From Gordius albopunctatus (taxonomy: Eukaryota): a stretch of 64,000 bases of DNA. The DNA lies in assembly GCA_964276515.1 (NCBI GenBank), contig OZ193909.1:682001-746000 (forward strand), read 5' to 3'. Shown here piece by piece: positions 53,101 to 64,000 of the stretch (the first letter of the stretch is position 1; each line of letters starts with the position of its first letter). Both the position numbers and the translations under genes were made by a program. The notes below the pieces were generated by a model. It made no database searches. It worked only from the letters and a program-made list of their open reading frames with translations, and had not been told where the DNA came from.

Positions 53101-56100
53101 TAAAACAACAAGGTATAATATTCTTAATGTATATATACAATTTAATTTACAATTTTTTTATAGTAGGTAATTAAACATTCTTAAAATTGTTCATAAAGTC
53201 TTAAAGGACCTTGCATGTATATGCCAATGTTATCAAAACAGTGTATGAGTTTGGTCATCAAATAGTTTAAAGATATATGCAAATTTAACTTTATTACCAA
53301 GTCCGATGTAGCTAACAATCGTAAAATTTTAATATTCAAACACCATATAATAAATTATTTTAAAGGAGCTGCTTCCTAAATTTAATTTTGTAAAGCCGTT
53401 AATTAATTTACTAGAGACTTACATTTATCTTGCCCTATTCGTGTATATGTATCTGTAGATAACTTTGTATATAAATTAAAGTTGACAGCAGCACCATCAA
53501 AGGCGTCCAGTTTGATCAAGGCCCCTTAGGACTTTGAGTGTATTTCATAAATTTAGTCGCACACATTGTATGAGAATTCAACTAAAAAATAATTAAATTT
53601 TAAAATTGAAACCCCCTTGCCTGTTCAAAGCTCGCACCTCAGATTGAGATCAAAATGAGGAGTATTCAAAATTTTGAATAAAAATATTTGCATTCCCATT
53701 CATGCAACTAGTTAAATAGGGAAGATTTATTGAAGTGTTTTGTTCCTGACGACCAGCAAGATCACTCCTAATCCCTGAAGAATCAAAAATCTCAAACTTT
53801 TAACAGTGATCGCTGAATATAAATTTTTCTAAAGTTTCATACGCGTATATACATATAGATATTTATTTATACAACTACATTTTGTCACACTGTGTATGCC
53901 GATCATAAATTTCAACGGGGCTTGGCCTTGTCCGGACAGAGGGGGGGGGACCTTTAAAAAAATCATACATTTTTAACGTGGTATATCTTTTTATACTACT
54001 TCGTGCATACTGATAGATTTTGCCTGAGCTCAATGTTGACATTTATGCAAACAATGCCATTGCGTTGCAGAGATGACGTTGTCCATTAGATTATGTTAAT
54101 TTCATTAGATATATAATAATATATATTATAATAGGTAGGAATATCGTGTCAATCATTTAATTTTTGCCATATATTAGGCCATGTGTCTTATGTTAATATA
54201 ATTGTTATATTTAAATAATATTTTATTGATACTAACTAATAAATTTATAAACTCTTAAAAACACACCCAACCACATGGACAACTCATATCTAAGTTTTAT
54301 ATATTTTTTAATAATAATATAACTTCGAATATTATAAGTCTAGGATCTATCTAAAAACGCTTTTGACCCATGTGTACACGTTTACTTTAATGATTACAAA
54401 TAATATTGGATTTTAAACTAATAATTAGAAAATTATTAATGCATTCCACTTTATTCCTTTATGATAACGAATTTTGGGAAATTCGCAAATATCCTAGCAA
54501 ATCATCACTAAATTTATTTTATAAGACAAAAGGGGTAATTCCATTCAACTATTTCCCGATTTGCATTTAAAATTTTTGAAATTAATTAATCAAGAAATGT
54601 CGCAATGTGCATTAATCATCTTAGACATTTTTAATTTATTCAGAATCTTCTTTATCATATTTACCTTAAAATAACGCCAAAATTGGAACAAATTTAATAA
54701 TCATCTTCTACTATGCAAATTGGCGTGGCATATAAAAAATAGGCGAAAAGCCGCCACATGGCGTTTTTATCATTTAATTTGTAATAACAACATTATAAAT
54801 AAAAGTGTTGAATCAATTCCCAGTAGCGCCCTTCCTTAAAGCGTAAAACAATATTAGCAATAATATAGTATTCTATAAATTAGATTTAAGAATTAATGGG
54901 AAAAAAGTTTCTAAATTATTCACAGGATGGATATTGGGTCCAGTGTTGTGCAAAGCCATCCCTTGGTTACAGGGTGTGTCGGTTACATCGTCTATAACAA
55001 ATCTAGTTGCCATAGCCGTCGACAGGTAAATGCAGCATCATTATCTAATTTAAGAGTTTATAAAAAATATATAAAAAATGTTATCCAAAGTTTGCTTGCA
55101 CTTCTTAAGTAGGAACGAGATTATAATAGACCCTCCACGACATAGATCACAAAATGCATAGCAATTTATATTTTACATTCTAAAGGCATTATTTTTATTA
55201 ATATCTCAAGATGGAATTCAAGCTTAAGACACGTGATATACTTTGACAACTAACAACCTTTAGTAGTTACGTAATAAGTCTTTAAAATATTATTCACCGC
55301 AAAAATTTGGATTCATATCTACATTTGAAAAAAGGAATATGTCATCATATTGCAATAGTGTGCAATAGCCATATATAACTATTTTACATTATTTATTACC
55401 ATACTAATTTATGGTCAGGTATTTGGCCATTTGTCAGAGTGTCCACCTTAAGCAATCCTCACAAACCATAATCCGGACTACGATAGTGGGCATGTGGTTA
55501 TTTTCACTCGCAATCACATCACCATGGCTCTCCGTTTTTAAATATTATACGTATCGCCTTGACAATCCAGAACAATTGGTAGCTACGATAAGCACATTTC
55601 CACCCATAGCAAGGCAACAAGTGTTACCTTGGAAAAGCAATTATCACGATAATGACACTTACAACAATCATTACAATTTAACAGCATCCTGCATTGATTC
55701 TTATAATTGCTATACTTTCGTCCAAAAAATGCCCAACACCTTGAACAATTACTTCTATGCTTCTACCCTGGGAAGCAATGAACAACAAAGCTCGCCCACC
55801 GGTTACGTCAACGTATGTTCAGAGGAATGGCAGAATCCTGTTTGGCGTAAAACCTATTTCTTGGTCATCATTTTTGGTCTACTCTATATTATCCCGGTAG
55901 CTATCATAACGTCGTGCTACTTTCTCATATGGAAGAAGGTATGTCACCGAACCCTACCTGGACCATTTAGTTACAACAAAACATCGGAGGATATCGTGAA
56001 AAAGTCCAAAATTAAGGTGGCCCAACTTCTATTCTTCGTCATGATAATTTTTATCATGTCCTGGATGCCCCTATACATTTACGGCTTCAGGCTAAACTTC

Positions 56101-57540
56101 GGACGTGAGACTACATTGATAGCGGACAATGAGGACCGAAATATAACTAAAAATCTACTAGAACTAGAATTGAGAGGACTTTTAGCCCATCCTTTAAGTA
56201 GGCTGAATATGAGTGATTGTAGACTTAAAAGCTTGCAAAAGACGAGAGAAATGATTCTATCCTTATTGGGAGAGGGCGTCGATACCAAATATGCCATGTG
56301 CCAACTTGCTCCTTTCAATAATAGCGGTTCCAATGATTTACCCAACAAAGATAACATAACGTGGATCTGTTCGCAGCAGACATGCAAGGAATTTGTGGGA
56401 CACTGGGACGCTTCACGATATTTATCCCATATACCAGACGAAAGAATGACGACAAATTCTTATCATACCCACGTGCTCAGCAACGTGATAAGACCCCTGA
56501 CACAATGGTTAGCCTTCGCCAACAGTTGTATTAATCCCATCCTGTACACATTTTTCCATAAAAAGTACCGAGAAAGTTTCAAGTAATCATATGCGTCGCT
56601 TTTTACAATGTCGCAATTAAAAAATACTTTAACACAACTTACTTATTCAATAATAAAATTAGACATGTAAGAATATATGAGATTAGGTTTTTGTAAACAA
56701 TCTAGATATTACAGGTATTTATTGGTAAACATGGCATATTCCGTCGTCTTATGCTTTTGTCGAGCCTCGCCCGAACTCTCGGAAAGGATGAGAAACGATA
56801 TGAGAGCTCGCAAATCGCGATACCTTCAAAACACACAAAACACCATATACAATAGATGCGGTAGTGCCCGATCGGGAGCCAGAATTAGTTTTAGCAGATG
56901 CGAATCTGCAACCATGATAGGTTCTTCTTTAAAGAGTTCCAGCTTCGCCAAACGTTCCAGGCACTCGTATCGCAAGGCGGCCATTTTGAAAAATTTGAAA
57001 TTACCCTGTGATAGGGACGTGACAGTAAACGATAACTTCCCTGCCAACCGCATATATGGCAACGATTTTAATGATATGAATTGTAATAAACCAAACAGTT
57101 CCTCGAAATCGAGTAAATACCCTTGTCATAACAAGAGCGATTGTCCACTTAGACCCAACTTAAATCATGCTAGTAAAACTTTAGTTTGGAATCCCAAAAC
57201 GCAAAAATTTATGGATAAAAAATTGTTACCGAACAAAATTATGATCTTAAGCGTGCCTGACTATAAAAATGGCGGCATTTTACATAAAAGGACCAAGAAG
57301 TTTGGCCGATTCAACACTGCGCCCGACCTTAAAAAATCTAGTGGACCTCAATCGTCAGGAAAACCGATTCAAAAATTGATAATTCATAGCCATTCTCTTG
57401 ATGCTAACTTTAAAATGGTCGCTGGCAAAAGGGGACAATTATTTGATGATAGTCCAATCGATGATTTGGAAGACGAATCAATATTCTATTCAAATCTGAA
57501 AGGGGGAAAGCAAAAAAAAACTAGATTTTCCCTGGGATAA
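50118..57540 (+). CDS. Class A neuropeptide GPCR, SIFamide/NPFF-receptor-like
   Basis: Exons 50118-50391 (GNSLV, NLACADLL), 54927-55025 (W.LG..LCK...AVDR), 55419-56582 (SWMPLY; QWLAFANSCINPILY) and 56715-57540 (long C-tail). Confidence 0.85.
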
Positions 57541-58244
57541 AAAAGTCAACTAACGACCTAAAGTTAAATTTCGTAGAAACGGCTTTTAATTAGAAGATAT
57601 CGCGAGGATCTCTTTTCCCATACTAGTGAACCCCGTTTCGTAATCTTAAATAATTTTTTCGTGCCAAACATTATTTGTATCAATTGTGTGATTGTAATGT
57701 TGGTGTTAATAAAAATGTAATTCTTACCAAGTTCTTTAATTAGCATCATCTAAATTCATAAAAGATTACCTACAAGTATGGGTGAAGCTAAAGGGGGCAA
57801 GGGTGGAGGGGCGGCTGCTCCCCTATAAATCCAAAATTAGTTGATATTTAAATTATGGGGCTAAAATATCAAAAAATGATTTTTTTGCTCCTCCCAAAAT
57901 CATTATTGCCCCTGGCTACGTCACTGGCAATACATTCATATAACTAATATCACCCGAGACTCCGTAGCACAAATTATAACTTTCTATCAATAGAAGCGTT
58001 CAATAATTCCTAAGGTTATATTTATAAAAGAAAGGAATTACATTATAATAAATTAGATTGGCTATTAGGAAAAATTATAGAAAAGGTTCTCGAGCATAAT
58101 GTTTTCAATCTTAAATAATGCAGATTTTGCGATAATGCATATGCAAAAAACGAAATAATAATCAATTATAGTTTTTTAACTAAAATATTCATAAAATTGC
58201 AATGGAATTCGATGGTTGATTGGTGGATAATCGTGACACGTGAT

Positions 58245-61200
58245 TTAAAGCTTTTTGCCCAAAAACCACGTTAACCATTGAGACTTCTTAGCAGTATAAG
58301 GTGGGTTCCTGAGCCTAATTTCAAAATATAAAAAATTTCATATAGTAAATTAGATTGATGTATAATTTAATAAATTTTTTTAAATATGTAAAATAAATCT
58401 TATCAATAGCAAATGGTCAAAAAGTCTCGAACGCAAGTCAAAATTCAAAATTTCATGCTTGAAAACATAATAAATTCGAATGAAATCCGTTATTATAATT
58501 AAATTGTTTTTCATCTTCTGCATTTGATAAACTTGTTCGCGAACGCTGATCAAACTCTACTGTCAGTCAGGACCCCAAACCGTTAAAATTCAAGCAAAAC
58601 GTTTTGAAAATCGTTCCCAATAAAAAAGTATAGTCCAATTTAAACAGTAACTAGGTATATTGAAGCTGCACATTTCAAAATGGCGACTAAGTTATAGCTA
58701 GCTAGCAAACAAAACTTTGAATCCGTCAATGGTTACTAAAACCTGATTAACAAGGTAACTAATCTAATTTAAACTAACTCGACCACGCGCTCCGTCCAAA
58801 CCGGACTAATCAAGCAGGCTCGATGATGGGAAAATTGGTCGAAAGAATATTTTCCATGGTACCGCCCCATTCCGCTGTTACCCACACCCCCGAACGGCAA
58901 ATGTTCATCTTTTACCAAAATAAATAAAGACTTCTTTGAAATTCGAGATCTCGAGATTATTTTAAGTATATTTATAAATACCATTATAATAATTATCGTT
59001 TGAGAAGGGTATTATATTATATGGCGCAATTCACGATTTGATGTGTCATATTTTTGGTTAAGTTTTCAACTGTAAAAGTTAATTTCTAGTGAACTTGAGC
59101 AACAGTGACGGTAATATCTTCTTCAGTTAAGAAATTAAGTAACATGACATTTTAATGTTAAATCCAAATTTTTAACTAAAACAGTTGCACAAACAAACGA
59201 TAAATGTCTTAGTATAATGTCCCCGTTTCGGTATCTCGATCTATTTTAGTGAAAGCAACTAAGTATAATGGTTAGAAGCATAAATTGTATGGCCACCACC
59301 CCACTCCTAGGAACAACTATCGCGTCCCGTTTAAGAATTGCAAAGCAAATCAAAAATTCGAAGGGAATCATTTAGCCACTTCCGCAATTATCGATTATAA
59401 AGCAAAGACCTAAACAAGTTGCCCAAATAAGTCGGACACAAAACAACAACAATAAATATTGAGGTCGGGGGGCGAGGTCGAACAAATTAAAGGCAATCGG
59501 TGGTCATCAGCTTGTTTATTTGTGTTTACGCAAGCATAAGTCCACAGCCATCCAAAAACCCGTATAAGTTGCCAGAGCAATTATTGAAAAATTACGAGTT
59601 GACGAGCCCTTAAATTGCATCTAGCTATAAAGTATGGATTTTAAGTTTCGATTATAAAATGTTAAATTTTTGACAATTGTACAAAATTGACGAGGTAACA
59701 GTAGTATGACAATGTCTCACATGTGTATTGCATGATGACATCGTTGATACTAACGCTCCCGCTAGATGTTTCGTTCAAAAATTTATCCTGCGCACTTTTA
59801 TCATTGGTGAAGAGATAGAGGGCCAACGGTTTTTCCCTGCGCAACAAGCAAAAAATTATAGCATTCACCAAAGTTGTTAAACGCGAAATTTAATGGCTGT
59901 AACGAATTATTGAGAAATATAACGTGGCTAACCCTTTGTTGATGTAAGCTATCATCTCGTCAACTGTTGATGCACCAGTGAATATGGGCAAGATGGGGCC
60001 GAATATCTACACCAAAAATGATAACGGGTGTTGGAAATTAATTTGCAAATTAAAAAAAATTTATTTCAACGTTACCTCCTCTTTCAATATGGCGTCGCCA
60101 TCTTTAACATCTGTCACGATGGTCGGTTCGATGTATAAATCCGCTGAATCGAAACTTCCGCCAACAGTCACGTGACAATCTTTCAAAAGACCGGTGAGAC
60201 GGCTAGCAACAACATCAGCGATTAAATCAGATGTAAAACAACAAAATATTTAATCATTACGAACGAACGAAGAAATCGATTTAATGAGCTTATAAGATTC
60301 ATCCTGAAATTCGAAAACTAATTTTTAGTAAAATTTCATAAAATAATATTTAATAATTAATTTTAAGAATTAACAAGTGAAATTAATCTTGTTCATAATT
60401 TAATTTTTATAACCAACCCAGTTCACAGTTTATGACGTGATTAAATTGTATTTGATCTTAAGTAAAATAGGGTAGAAAAGTTAGTCGTATCGTCTGCTTT
60501 TTTACCCACTCGGATATTTTAAATTTTCGCTTAGCGATTTAAAAAATCTAAATATAAAATACAAAAAGAAGGGGTGGACAAGACGTCCTACAGGTAAATA
60601 CTATTTTCAAATGTAACTGATTTTTAACCATATTAAATATTGGTGATGATTTGTTAATAAAAATGAGACAATTTTTAAAATTTTATTCTTACCATGCTTA
60701 TAGGGTTCAAGCAAAGGTTCAGAACGCATCCAAATCTTTGGTTTTTATATGATTACATAAAAACTAGAGTAGGCAAGCAGATAGTATAATTGGCTATTTA
60801 TAATCGTCCAGTTTTATTTTACGTCAAAAATTGGCATTTTAATTGCGAAGTACAACTATAAAGCTTTCTATGACACATGGCCTTTGGTCAAAAATAAATT
60901 TGAGAATAACTTTTTACAGATAAATTTATAATCGTTTTTGTAAATCTTACTTTTGTTTCATTCTCGGCTAAAACAAAAGTATGTAAAAAGTAAATGGACG
61001 ACAAATGCTTTACTCGAAATGGCGTATATTAATGATTCGCCCGTAATCATCGGAATTCTTAATATTCTCTCCATAAAATTCCAGAAGCACGGCTTTGGCT
61101 TGGAGAATAAAGGGTTCAAGCAAGTTTGGCGGGCACAACACGTAATCTGGAGCTATACAGGTTTGACCAGCGTTCGCGAATTTGCCCCAAATAATACGGC

Positions 61201-62117
61201 GAGCTGCAATTCGTAAATCAAAATCCTCCATAATCACGGTTGGACTGGATGTGCGTGAAATAAAAAATTAGTGAACAGAGACCAGTCAGATAATTTATGG
61301 TCTTGGGCTCGGGTCTAACTCGATCCGAGGGCAAAAGCACACCAAAATACCAGTTGAAAAAAAATATTTTTTTCGACTTGATCTAGCTTCATTAAAAAGA
61401 ACTAGAACGTACGTAGAGGGCACTTAATAGCTTATTCCAAAAAGAAATCTCTTGAACTGTTGGTCACAATTAGTGGTCAGTTTTATTTTAAAAATGGTAA
61501 CGCTACGTTATCCAAGACTAGCAGTCGTGCTTGTGATATATTTCTCTCGGTTTAAAGGCAAACCCATAAGCGCAGCCAAGGAAGGGGGGGGGGCAGGGAG
61601 GGGCGACTGCCCCTCTAAATCCAAAAATTTGTTGCAATTTATTAAAATTATGGCTTAAATTGCAAAAAATGTTCCTTTTACCACTCCATATTATAGCCCC
61701 CTCCTCTAATTCCAATGCTGGCTACGGGGATGGGCAAAGCCATTACCAACTAAACAACCCACGCTTCAAATCGTTCAACAACACAGGCTAGCTATTTTTT
61801 ATCTCTAATACCATCGCGTTTAAACTAAAAAAACGGGCGCTAAATGCACATTATAATATCATACTTTCGTCCGCCCATTTCCAGCGTAACCGGGGTGAGA
61901 TATTTAGCCGCGGCGGCCATGACGATTCGACCCGTTTCGGGACTTCCCGTAAACATAATGTGATCGAATCGGATTTCGGACAATATTTTGGTCATAAAAT
62001 CGGAATCGCCATTCAAGATGGCGTAGCACGAGGTATCCAGGTACTGGGGTATTAATTTTGTGAGCAAGGAGGCGCTAGCGGGAGACAATGGGGATGGTTT
62101 TAGAACCGCCGCGTTAC
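58245..62117 (-). CDS. Aldehyde dehydrogenase family 3 (5' exons not found in window)
   Basis: [34 protein letters not shown] (catalytic Cys), [20 protein letters not shown] and [16 protein letters not shown]; last exon RNPPYT...GKKL* with no C-terminal TM anchor. Confidence 0.92.
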
Positions 62118-64000
62118 CTTTCATAATCATGATTCATTTTAGTAGTCTTTATTCATTCATTATTTTTATAAAAAAATTACATATTTTGTAAAGGTGAGAT
62201 AACTAAATTTAAAAAAAATAAGAATTGTAAATATTGGGAAAACATTCCGCTATGGCTAATGAACTATATTTACAGATAGTTATGCCGATTTTCTGTCGTA
62301 TAAAAAACGATTCGCGATTATCATGGGATAGTAATGAGGTTTGTTTCCCTATTTTTTTAAAAAATTGTAAGGCTTGGGGGCCAAACGTTGTTAGGATGGT
62401 TGTCGCAATGGGACAAAAAATTCGAAAATTCTTAATCGCAAATCGGATTATCGCAAAAATCTTTTAATCGCGAGGTTAACCGCCATTTTGTTTTTTTTAA
62501 ACGATAATATTAACAAAAACATCGTTTATTGACAAATCGCTTAATAGTACAATATCGGATATTCACAAACATTTTCGAGTCCTTAAATCAACCGGATAAT
62601 TATATAAAATATCGTTTTATTGCAAAGCGTAAGAAATGAATATTTAATATAATGTACATAATATACTTTTATTTCCATCGTTTAATCGCAAAATATCGGT
62701 TAATCGCGAAAAAAATTTCAGGCCCAAGGCTTTGCAATTAAACGGTTTTGACTGTATCGTTAATTTCTGAGTATTTTGAAATGTTCAGAGCCCCGGCTGA
62801 AGACAAGGGATCTTTGTTGTGATTAGATGGGGCATATTCATTAGGTAAAAGGGCCAAAACGTTTTGACCAACCATCTCAGATATGGATAATTTTGGTGAG
62901 GGTGCCTAGGCCTCATGTATTACAGTAATTTAGCCATTTTGGACATAAACTTTTTAGGGTAATGGACGTTTAAGGTGTAAAAATCACGCTCGAGCGCGTT
63001 TTATAATAGATTTTACTATTTTTGTCATACTTAACGGCACTACTCACTTACATCTTGGTGCACTTTGTTCCTAACCAAAAATTATCCAAATCTGAAATGG
63101 TCGCTCGAAAATATTTTTATCCTTCTACGATTCGACATGCAATGGCCCAAATGCTTGATTTCATTTTAGTTTAGAGGCGATAAAATGCTGAAAATTAATA
63201 GAGGAGCAGTGGCTAATTGATTTATTAACAATTCTAATAAATGCTTGTAGTGAAATTAATCATTTTTAGTTTTTACCTTAATTATATAGAAGACTACATA
63301 ATGCAGAAATCAAAATTTAATATCATATTTTAAACATGATTTATTTCAAAGGAGAAGATGAAAGAAATAGTAGCCCCTAATCCAAAGGATGTTCTTGATT
63401 TCTAAAGAGCACTACGGCTTAAAATTTAAATTTTAACAAATTGTTTTGAATTAATAATTTTAACGGTGGCCTTATTATTTCTTTTATTTAATTGTAAATA
63501 TTATTAATAAAAAAAATTAATTTTCACACTTTACAAAGCCCATTTCCCCTTAGGAATAAGACACTAAATCATCGAAAGTTATAATAGGTGAGAGTATCAA
63601 ATATGTGAAAAACTATTTCCTGAGGGAATTCAAATTTATATAATTTGTTTAAGATGAGGTGATATATACCCCCTTTGCCATAGAAGCCAATTGCTTGACA
63701 TGTTTATTGTATGTAGTAGATGAAAAAGAGATTACCCAGAAGTGTTGTATATAATGTATAGAGTGTTTTTTATAAAACCCATAGGATAAATACACATGGG
63801 CGTAGCCAGCTTTGGAATTAGAGGGGGGCAGCCACCCCTCACTGCCCCCCCCCCTGGCTATGCCCATAGGATAAATACATAGATCAAAATAATTGTAATA
63901 TTTCTGAGTTTAAAAATTTATAAATTTCTTGGTGGTCTGTGTTAAAGTGAGTATAGGGTTTGTTTCAATATTTTAGATAATAGGAGGTCATCATTATACC

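Overview
This is AT-rich eukaryotic (invertebrate animal-type) genomic DNA with spliced genes; the species cannot be determined from the sequence alone. Eight host genes can be reconstructed by manual exon joining: MCCC2 (5' exons absent), TRDMT1/DNMT2, a BACK-domain protein, a secreted EGF-EGF-discoidin protein, GCNA, frataxin, a SIFamide/NPFF-type GPCR and an ALDH3-family gene (5' exons absent). Introns and intergenic DNA are dense with DNA transposons. The most notable part is a P-element system. A 3953-bp element has perfect 36-bp TIRs, an 8-bp TSD and a THAP transposase split by 12 mostly 32-40-nt introns, with only one visible lesion (an A9 run). It is nested in two other elements directly upstream of GCNA. 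An apparent excision footprint of the same family lies about 870 bp away, and a related MITE and decayed ends occur elsewhere in the window. Also present are a full-length dead hAT inside a local duplication that preserves its empty site, a non-autonomous Helitron, pogo, BED-hAT and RTE remnants, and several MITE families. Exon coordinates were read by eye and may be off by a few bases.
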